Below are positions 24,748 to 32,000 of a stretch of DNA of 32,000 nucleotides, one piece after another. The number at the start of each line of letters is the position of its first letter. Within the stretch, counting starts at the first letter, position 1. The notes beneath the pieces are model-generated. The model worked only from the letters and a program-made list of their open reading frames with translations. It ran no database searches and was not told the origin of the DNA. The stretch is from the NCBI GenBank assembly GCA_963663995.1, contig OY760660.1:1740001-1772000 (forward strand). The letters run 5' to 3'. The stretch comes from Erysipelotrichaceae bacterium. Its GTDB lineage: Bacteria; Bacillota_I; Bacilli_A; Erysipelotrichales; Erysipelotrichaceae. A program made the translations under genes and the position numbers.

Positions 24748-26055
24748 ATGGAATACCAAAATAAAGTGAAAACAGCACAAGAAGCTGTGCAACTTGTTAA
24801 ATCAAATATGAACATTGTGACAGGACTAGGAGCTGCAGAAGGTCGTTTATTCTTAAGTGAACTACACACAGTCGCAGATCATGTAAAAAATGTGACCGTA
24901 ACCAACTGCTTACCAATGTCGGATCAGTCTTTTATGAAAGAAGAATATAAATCTTCATTCTTTGTTGATGGCTGGTTTTATTCACCAGTACTAAGAAAAG
25001 CACATAAAAATGGCAATATTTCATTTATTCCTAATCATTTACATTTAGCTGGGATTAAACGTCTAGCTCATGTACATACAGATATTTATGTTGGAGCTTG
25101 TTCAATGCCTGATAAACATGGTTACGTATCGCTTTCCTTAAGTAATACTTATGAAAAGCGCGTCATTGAAGAAGCAGATTGTGTCATATTAGAAATTAAT
25201 CCAAACATGCCTTATACCTATGGGGATGTAGAATTAGCACTTTCAGAAATCGATATCATTATTGAAGCGGATTATATGCCACCAGCACTACCTGATGTAG
25301 AATCAAATGAAAAAGATGAAAAAATAGGTCAATATATAGCATCCTATATAAAAGATGGTGATTGTATTCAACTTGGTATTGGTGGAATTCCTAACGCAGT
25401 TGCCTCATTTTTATCAGACAAAAAAGATTTGGGTGTTCATACTGAAATGTTGACATCTGGAATTGTGGATTTAGTTAAAAAAGGTGTTATCACTGGCAAA
25501 ATGAAACAAGAACAACGCGGGAAAATGGTTTGTACTTTTGCTTTAGGAAATCAAGCGCTTTATGATTTTGTTGACCATAATCCTGCAGTTGTTTTTATGG
25601 ATGGTGCGATTGTGAATGATCCACACATTATTGGCTTAAATGATAATCAAATATCAATTAACACAACAATGGAAATTGATTTAACCGGTCAATGCTGTTC
25701 TGAGTCCATTGGATCACTACAATTTTCAGGAACGGGTGGTCAAGCTGATACAGCTATAGGTGCGCAAAATTCTAAAAATGGTAAATCATTCATTGCTTTA
25801 TATTCAACTGCGATGGTGAGAAATAAAGAAACGGGCGAAAAGGAAGAAATCTCAAAAATTGTTCCCCAACTTAAACAAGGGGCAGCAGTTACTCTAAGTC
25901 GAAATGACGTAGATTATGTTGTGACCGAATATGGTGTAGCACATTTAAAAGGTACGAATATTCGTGAACGTGTTGAGTTGCTTATCGGAATCGCTCATCC
26001 CAAATATCGTGATGAGTTAAGACAACAAGCCGTTGACCTAGGGATCATTATCTAA
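24748..26055 (+). CDS. Acetyl-CoA hydrolase/transferase family protein (4-hydroxybutyrate / butyryl-CoA:acetate CoA-transferase type)
   Basis: At 435 aa, with GIGGIPNAV, VHTEMLTSG (region of the catalytic Glu) and SGTGGQADTA motifs. The RBS GGAGG lies upstream. Confidence 0.8.
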   Translation: MEYQNKVKTAQEAVQLVKSNMNIVTGLGAAEGRLFLSELHTVADHVKNVTVTNCLPMSDQSFMKEEYKSSFFVDGWFYSPVLRKAHKNGNISFIPNHLHLAGIKRLAHVHTDIYVGACSMPDKHGYVSLSLSNTYEKRVIEEADCVILEINPNMPYTYGDVELALSEIDIIIEADYMPPALPDVESNEKDEKIGQYIASYIKDGDCIQLGIGGIPNAVASFLSDKKDLGVHTEMLTSGIVDLVKKGVITGKMKQEQRGKMVCTFALGNQALYDFVDHNPAVVFMDGAIVNDPHIIGLNDNQISINTTMEIDLTGQCCSESIGSLQFSGTGGQADTAIGAQNSKNGKSFIALYSTAMVRNKETGEKEEISKIVPQLKQGAAVTLSRNDVDYVVTEYGVAHLKGTNIRERVELLIGIAHPKYRDELRQQAVDLGIII

Positions 26056-26870
26056 TGGCAACGCTCAAGTTTTCGGATTATGAAATCTACTATGAAAGAT
26101 ATGGACAAGGGAAACCCATTTTAATCTTGAATGGAATTATGATGTCAACCAAGAGTTGGCAAGCATTCATTGAAACATTTAGTCAACATAATGAGTTGAT
26201 CTTAATGGATTTACTTGATCAAGGACAATCATCTAAGTTAAATGATATTGAATATAATCAAAGCATTCAGGTTGAGGCTGTAAAGCATTTGATTGAAAAA
26301 TGTCAGTTAAACAATTTAGCTCTTTTTGGGATATCTTATGGTGGAGAAGTGGCGATACAATTAGCTGCTAGATATCCAGAATTAGTAGAAAGATGTCTGT
26401 TTTTTAACACAGCTGCTTATACAAGTCCTTGGTTAAAAGAAATTGGTGAAGCATGGAATATGGCCGCTCATAATCCACAAAATTATTATTCGACAACGAT
26501 ACCTGTCATTTATAGTCCAAAATTTTATGAGAGAAGAATCGATTGGATGGAAAATCGAAAGAAGATACTTTTAAATGTATTTTCTGATCCAGTTTTTATT
26601 GAAGCGATGATTCGTTTAACCAATAGTGCAAATTCATATGATGAACGAAAAAATTTATCAAAGATCACATGTCCAAGTTTAGTGGTGGGATGCGAGTTTG
26701 ATATGATTACGCCCTTTCACAATCAAGTAGATTTAGCTAAAGCTCTTCCTAATGCTAATCTTATTTATATACCTGACTCTGGTCATGCATCTATGTATGA
26801 AAAACCAGTCTTATTTACAAGTTTAATCCTAGGTTTTGTCAATAATTCCTTGACAGATGATGTAATATAA
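26055..26870 (+). CDS. Alpha/beta-fold serine hydrolase, second copy, not a close paralogue of the first by eye
   Basis: Nucleophile elbow GISYGG (GxSxG), CEFDMITP (Asp) and SGHASMYEKP (His). The ATG overlaps the TAA of the CoA-transferase by 1 nt. Confidence 0.75.
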   Translation: MATLKFSDYEIYYERYGQGKPILILNGIMMSTKSWQAFIETFSQHNELILMDLLDQGQSSKLNDIEYNQSIQVEAVKHLIEKCQLNNLALFGISYGGEVAIQLAARYPELVERCLFFNTAAYTSPWLKEIGEAWNMAAHNPQNYYSTTIPVIYSPKFYERRIDWMENRKKILLNVFSDPVFIEAMIRLTNSANSYDERKNLSKITCPSLVVGCEFDMITPFHNQVDLAKALPNANLIYIPDSGHASMYEKPVLFTSLILGFVNNSLTDDVI

Positions 26871-26872
26871 AC

Positions 26873-27490
26873 ATGGAAGAAAAGACCATGGAAAATAAAA
26901 ACACTCTCGTTAATAAACCAAAAACTAAAAGAGGTCAAGCAACTTTAAATCGTATCTGTGAAGCAGCTGAACAAGTCATTTATAAAAAAGGCTATCATGC
27001 AACTTCTATCAATGATATTACTTATCGAGCTAAAGTTGCACCAGGAACTTTTTATATTTACTTCACTGATAAAATTAGTTTATATAAATATCTATTATCT
27101 TCTTATAGTCATGAAATAAGACAACATATCGCAATATGTGTTAAAGATTGTAAGACGCGTAAAGAAGCTGAAAGAGAAGGTTTACGTGCCTATCTTGAAT
27201 TTATTAATCAAAACAAACATATCTATAATATTATTTGGGAATCACTCTATATTGATAAGCAATTATTTATTGAGTATTACACTGACTTTGCAAGATATTA
27301 TATTAAACACATTTTACAAGCACAAGAACTTGGTGAGATGACAGAACATAATCCAACCGTTGTTGCTTATATGTTGATGGGTATTTCAAACTTCATTGGT
27401 TTGAATTATGTAATGTTCTCTAACACAGATAATTTTGATAACATTGTGGATGATGTTATTGATATCTTAGATAAAGGATTATTTAAATGA
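26873..27490 (+). CDS. TetR/AcrR-family transcriptional regulator
   Basis: N-terminal HTH YHATSINDITYRAKVAPGTFYIYFTDK. Length 205 aa. The start may instead be the Met 5 codons downstream (26888). Confidence 0.85.
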   Translation: MEEKTMENKNTLVNKPKTKRGQATLNRICEAAEQVIYKKGYHATSINDITYRAKVAPGTFYIYFTDKISLYKYLLSSYSHEIRQHIAICVKDCKTRKEAEREGLRAYLEFINQNKHIYNIIWESLYIDKQLFIEYYTDFARYYIKHILQAQELGEMTEHNPTVVAYMLMGISNFIGLNYVMFSNTDNFDNIVDDVIDILDKGLFK

Positions 27491-28056
27491 ATTTAAAAAT
27501 TGTACTCGCATCACAAAGCCCACGTCGTCGTGAGCTTTTCACTCGTTTAGGCTATCCATTTTCCACAGACTCAGCCGATATTGATGAAACACTAGATTTA
27601 AATTTAAGTGTACAGGATGCTGTAGAAGCTTTAGCTTTAAGAAAAGCAAAAGCTGTAGAAGAAAAACACCCAGAATCAATTATTGTGACAGCTGATACAG
27701 TGGTTGTTTTAAATGAAAAAATTTATGGAAAAGCGGCTGATTTTGATGAAGCATTTACGATGTTAAAAGAACTGAGTGGACATACACATCAAGTCATGAC
27801 TTCACTGTGCTTAATGTATAAAGACAAACATCATACTTTCACATCTATAACTGATGTTGAATTCTATGAATTAGAGGATGAAAATATCAAATCTTATATT
27901 GAAACAGGTGAAGCATATGACAAAGCTGGCGCTTATGGAATACAAGATTTGGGATCATTATTCATCAAAGGAATTAAAGGTGATTATTATACCGTTATGG
28001 GTTTGCCTGTAGCTTTATTAAAACGTGAACTTGATCAGTTTATTCAAAGCATATAA
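27487..28056 (+). CDS. maf: Maf-like nucleoside-triphosphate pyrophosphatase
   Basis: Motifs LASQSPRRRELF, TADTVV and KAGAYGIQ. Length 189 aa. There is an ATGA overlap with the TetR gene. Confidence 0.85.
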   Translation: MNLKIVLASQSPRRRELFTRLGYPFSTDSADIDETLDLNLSVQDAVEALALRKAKAVEEKHPESIIVTADTVVVLNEKIYGKAADFDEAFTMLKELSGHTHQVMTSLCLMYKDKHHTFTSITDVEFYELEDENIKSYIETGEAYDKAGAYGIQDLGSLFIKGIKGDYYTVMGLPVALLKRELDQFIQSI

Positions 28057-28059
28057 TAC

Positions 28060-28088
28060 TTGCATAAAGTCATTATTTTAAGTATTAT
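28060..28088 (+). promoter_or_regulatory. Sigma-A-type promoter of tRNA-Thr
   Basis: -35 TTGCAT (28060-28065), an exact 17-nt spacer, then -10 TATTAT (28083-28088). The tRNA 5' end lies 13 nt downstream. Confidence 0.6.
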
Positions 28089-28100
28089 ATGAAAGCAGTT

Positions 28101-28174
28101 GCCGACATAGTTCAACGGTAAAATAGAGCAATGGTAATGCTCAGTTCCGAGTTCGATTCTCGGTGTCGGCACCA
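28101..28174 (+). tRNA. tRNA-Thr, anticodon GGU, with encoded CCA
   Basis: Hand-folded cloverleaf. Acceptor stem GCCGACA / TGTCGGC. Anticodon stem GAGCA / TGCTC with loop AT-GGT-AA. T arm CCGAG-TTCGATT-CTCGG. Discriminator A plus CCA. The D stem is weak (3 bp plus a mismatch) with a GG-containing loop, and the variable region is 4 nt. Confidence 0.85.
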
Positions 28175-28184
28175 TTTACAAATC

Positions 28185-28208
28185 AAGACCCAGTTTGGGT
28201 CTTTTTTT
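28185..28208 (+). terminator. Rho-independent terminator after tRNA-Thr
   Basis: AAGACCCA / GTT / TGGGTCTT followed by a T-run through 28208. Confidence 0.85.
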
Positions 28209-28213
28209 AAAAT

Positions 28214-28315
28214 CAACTACCTATTATTACTCAGTAGTTGGATTGAGTATCTGAACTAATAAGAAATACTTAGGAGTTGGCATTAATTCAACTATCGCAA
28301 AATTTGCGACAGTTG
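28214..28315. repeat. Cluster of CAACTA / TAGTTG inverted and direct repeats, including the perfect 15-bp palindrome TCGCAAAATTTGCGA
   Basis: CAACTAC (28214-28220) pairs with GTAGTTG (28234-28240). CAACT-A-TCGCAAA-A-TTTGCGA-C-AGTTG (28289-28315) forms a 12-bp interrupted hairpin or palindrome. TAGTTG (28235-28240) could alternatively pair with CAACTA (28289-28294). Confidence 0.5.
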
Positions 28316-28404
28316 AGATGACTTACTTAACTCTGCCTAGATATAAAGCAAATTAGAGAATACAAACAACCTTTGATTTTTTGTTTCAACAATATCTCAT
28401 AACC

Positions 28405-28433
28405 TTGAAGAATTAATTTTGTAAGTATAACAT
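28405..28433 (+). promoter_or_regulatory. Possible promoter of the 6-phospho-beta-glucosidase gene
   Basis: -35 TTGAAG (28405-28410), with either TATAAC (28426-28431, 15-nt spacer) or TAACAT (28428-28433, 17-nt spacer) as the -10. RBS AAGGAG at 28442-28447. Confidence 0.35.
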
Positions 28434-28441
28434 ATAGTTAA

Positions 28442-29929
<1,488 letters not shown>

Positions 29930-29953
29930 TACAATAATTCATATTAAGTGCTT

Positions 29954-29985
29954 AAAGAGAAAGTGATTAAATTACTTTCTCTTTT
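29954..29985 (+). terminator. Probable terminator after the GH1 gene
   Basis: AAAGAGAAAGT / 9-nt loop / ACTTTCTCTTT (11-bp stem). The U-tract is short: the stem ends in TTT plus one further T. Confidence 0.6.
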
Positions 29986-30067
29986 ATGTGTTAAACAATA
30001 ATTACTAATGAAGGTATTAAATTTATAACGACTTTATATTTAGTTTAAAATCATCTATCATAAAGAT

Positions 30068-30685
30068 ATGAATTTTAAGCATATAAAAATATTAAAAAAG
30101 CTAATGGGTAAAACTGGAGATTTTCAATCCTTTTTTAAAGAACTCATTGAGCTAGAACAAAAACAAGCTCAGATAAAGAAACAGCTTTCGATGTTTAATA
30201 GACCTTCTAAAATAAAGAAAAAGGAAGACGGATTATCACCGATTAATTTTGTATTAGAGAATAATGGATTATCAAAATTAAGGAATAATGAAATTAAGGA
30301 ACAACTAGATTTATTAGTTGATAAATTTATTGAAAATGATCAGTATTATGATCAAAATCGAGATCGTATTTTAGCGGCGTTTAATTCAATTGTTAATGAA
30401 ATTAAAACGAGTTTTTTTATGACTGAAGAAACACGTGAATTACTTCAATATAAATTTAATAAGATTAGTGAAGAGTATACAAAAATGAGAGACATCTGTT
30501 TATTTAATATGGCAGTCTTTTCAGCATTTATTTACTTCTATGAGAGTAAAGAAGTCATGATTTCCGAAATAAAAAATTACTTAGATAAAACAGATCTTAC
30601 GTATAAACTTGTCCCAAGTTACGAAAACACCTATAAATACGAATATGAATATGAGAAGTTTGGCTTCTTTTTTACACAAAAATAA
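30068..30685 (+). CDS. Hypothetical protein (coiled-coil-like N-terminal half, one hydrophobic segment ICLFNMAVFSAFIYFY); no family recognised
   Basis: A 205-aa ORF with lysine-rich AT-biased composition and a weak RBS. It is followed 10 nt later by the DsrE-like gene. The start is uncertain (alternative Met13). Confidence 0.45.
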   Translation: MNFKHIKILKKLMGKTGDFQSFFKELIELEQKQAQIKKQLSMFNRPSKIKKKEDGLSPINFVLENNGLSKLRNNEIKEQLDLLVDKFIENDQYYDQNRDRILAAFNSIVNEIKTSFFMTEETRELLQYKFNKISEEYTKMRDICLFNMAVFSAFIYFYESKEVMISEIKNYLDKTDLTYKLVPSYENTYKYEYEYEKFGFFFTQK

Positions 30686-30695
30686 GTGAGGATTT

Positions 30696-31037
30696 ATGTC
30701 GAAAATTAAAGTAATATTCCATATAGACGAAATGTCTAAATGGCCATTGGTGCTTGCGAATACTCGTAATTTAATCAATGAAATGCAAGATGTCTTAAGT
30801 GAAGTTGAAGTATTAGCTAATTCTGAAGCTGTTTTATTTTTTAAGAATGATAATAGTGATTTAAAAGAACAAGTTTTGGCTTTATCTAATAAAGTTAAGT
30901 TTTGTGTATGCAGAAACTCAATGAAATCACTAAAAATTGAAGCAAAAGAAATTGATGACTATATCTCAATTGTAAGTTCAGGTGTAGCTTATCTTGCTTA
31001 TCAACAAAATGATGGTTTTGCTTATATCAAACCTTGA
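30696..31037 (+). CDS. Small DsrE/DsrF-like family protein (COG1416-type)
   Basis: 113 aa. The pattern KVIFHIDE..KWPLVLANTRNLI....EVEVLANSEAV....VKFCVCRNS....VSSGVAYLAYQQNDGFAYIKP matches my recollection of the COG1416 DsrE-like consensus, including the conserved Cys and the C-terminal GxAYI(K/R)P. RBS TGAGGA. Confidence 0.65.
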   Translation: MSKIKVIFHIDEMSKWPLVLANTRNLINEMQDVLSEVEVLANSEAVLFFKNDNSDLKEQVLALSNKVKFCVCRNSMKSLKIEAKEIDDYISIVSSGVAYLAYQQNDGFAYIKP

Positions 31038-31110
31038 TTAGCACTAAAGTCTAATTGTTTGTATAGGTTTATGATGTTAACTTTAAGATAATAAAATTGA
31101 GGAGATCACA

Positions 31111-31719
31111 ATGAAAAAATTCACAAAGATTTTTTTGATCAGTTTATTATTTATAACAATTCTTGGTGCTTGTACAAGTGCTAAACCTGAAGATACTGTA
31201 ACTGAATTTTTAGATACGATTAAAAATACAGATGATGGATTGTTTGATGAGTCGTTGAAAGATTATTGGGTAAGTGATAGTTCAAACATGGATACTGTTG
31301 AAGAACTAAATTCTGATGATGATGCATATACAGAACTCTATCTACAATATATGCAAGATTTTGACTATACAATTTTAGATAGTACTGTTACTGATGATTT
31401 AGCTGTGGTAAGTGTTGAGTTTACGACTTACCCAATTGCTGAAATGTTTATGGCATGGATGATGCAAATGTTTACTAATTTATTTGATCCTACAATAAGT
31501 GGTTTAAGTGAAGAAGAACTCAATCAAAAATACATAGAGTGGTTTAATGAAGTTGCGCAAAACTATAGTAAAAATCGAGTGAGTACAGCTGATATCCATT
31601 TAATAAAAATTGAAGGTGACTGGAAGTTCTCTGCAGATGATGAAAATATCGATTTTGTTGATGCATTATTTGGAGGATTACTCTCAGGATTCGATGGAGA
31701 TCTTATCGAAGAATCATAG
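31111..31719 (+). CDS. Putative lipoprotein, acidic (function unknown)
   Basis: Signal peptide plus lipobox MKKFTKIFLISLLFITILGAC. RBS GAGGAG. Length 202 aa. Confidence 0.7.
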   Translation: MKKFTKIFLISLLFITILGACTSAKPEDTVTEFLDTIKNTDDGLFDESLKDYWVSDSSNMDTVEELNSDDDAYTELYLQYMQDFDYTILDSTVTDDLAVVSVEFTTYPIAEMFMAWMMQMFTNLFDPTISGLSEEELNQKYIEWFNEVAQNYSKNRVSTADIHLIKIEGDWKFSADDENIDFVDALFGGLLSGFDGDLIEES

Positions 31720-31799
31720 ATTTTTTAAAAGTTTAAATGGATTTTCAATTAAATTAATTGAAGCTTTACGCTATAATTAAAACACGAGGTATTTACTAC

Positions 31800-32000
31800 A
31801 TGAATAATCCAAGTTTAGTAATCTTAGCTGCCGGAATGGGTAGTCGTTATGGCGGTTTAAAACAAATTGATACACTGGGAAATAATGGTGAATCAATTAT
31901 TGATTTCTCTATTTATGATGCGATCAAAGCTGGCTTTAAGAAAGTTTATTTAATCATTCGAAAAGAACATCAAGAAGCCTTTGAAAATTCATTAGGCAAG
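31800..32000 (+). CDS. Nucleotidyltransferase (sugar-phosphate nucleotidyltransferase-like), 5' fragment running off the window
   Basis: This ORF is not in the supplied track because it has no stop inside the window. ATG at 31800, with the RBS GAGGT 9 nt upstream. The translation MNNPSLVILAAGMGSRYGGLKQID carries the LAAGxGxRxGGxKQ nucleotide-binding signature. A TATAAT box lies at 31772-31777. Confidence 0.6.
   Translation, partial: MNNPSLVILAAGMGSRYGGLKQIDTLGNNGESIIDFSIYDAIKAGFKKVYLIIRKEHQEAFENSLGK

Noticed and set aside
18108-26870. The idea that thiolase, PhaB-like reductase and an alpha/beta hydrolase form a PHA synthesis (phaA-phaB-phaC) cluster.
   Set aside because: Both alpha/beta hydrolases have a serine nucleophile elbow (GWSTGG and GISYGG) rather than the GxCxG lipase-box cysteine of PHA synthases. 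They are also shorter (298 and 271 aa) than class III/IV PhaC. A role in hydrolysis of hydroxy-acid esters remains possible and is discussed as a hypothesis only.
28240-28285. A possible BglG/LicT-type RAT antiterminator upstream of the GH1 gene. The sequence begins GGATTG, as RAT elements do.
   Set aside because: Beyond the first six bases it does not follow the roughly 29-nt RAT pattern I remember (GGATTGTTACTG...GCAGGCAAAACC). No overlapping terminator with a U-tract exists, and no BglG-family gene or PTS gene lies in the window.
28295-28309. The palindrome TCGCAAAATTTGCGA as a catabolite-responsive element (cre) for CcpA.
   Set aside because: The cre consensus (TGWAANCGNTNWCA) has a central CG and TG/CA ends. 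This palindrome has an A/T centre and does not align with it.
30638-30655. A short tandem repeat, GAATAT GAATAT GAG, near the 3' end of the hypothetical gene, encoding YEYEYE.
   Set aside because: It has only about 2.5 copies of a 6-mer inside a coding region. This is most simply low-complexity sequence, not a phase-variation tract or a regulatory repeat.

Overview
A 32-kb chromosomal segment from a low-GC bacterium (about one-third G+C by eye). It uses the standard genetic code: TGA serves as a stop and TGG encodes Trp. Protein sequences suggest a Gram-positive-type lineage (Bacillota, Erysipelotrichia-like or Acholeplasma-like), but this is inference only. Coding density is high and all genes except two lie on the + strand.

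Gene order:
1. The 3' part of a translationally coupled tryptophan operon, trpE(partial)-G-D-C-F-B-A (1-5450).
2. A convergent minus-strand pair, pepT plus a DUF438/PAS hemerythrin-like protein (5464-7832).
3. A WYL-domain regulator whose stop overlaps the start of a degenerate DprA/Smf-like ORF (7935-9783).
4. A monocistronic four-domain fusion, CoA-disulfide-reductase / rhodanese / TusA / DsrE-like (9903-12401).
5. An OmpR-type response regulator and its histidine kinase (12498-14974).
6. msrB, then a stand-alone SWIM zinc-finger protein.
7. A 13-gene, about 12-kb, tightly packed operon (16090-28056): thiolase, FabG/PhaB-like reductase, alpha/beta hydrolase, atypical KAS III-like enzyme, five-component Liv-type ABC importer, family-I CoA-transferase, second alpha/beta hydrolase, TetR regulator, Maf.
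8. A stand-alone tRNA-Thr(GGU) with its own promoter and terminator.
9. An orphan GH1 6-phospho-beta-glucosidase, a hypothetical protein coupled to a small DsrE-like (COG1416-type) protein, a lipoprotein, and the 5' end of a nucleotidyltransferase gene.

I found no CRISPR array, rRNA, transposase, integrase or phage gene.

The most interesting candidates are:
- the WYL / degenerate-DprA two-gene module;
- the orphan acyl-CoA / ABC-importer operon, with its Cys-His-His KAS III-like enzyme and a candidate TetR operator;
- the CoADR-Rhd-TusA-DsrE mega-fusion.

All family assignments come from motif recognition by eye and memory. No database search was run.
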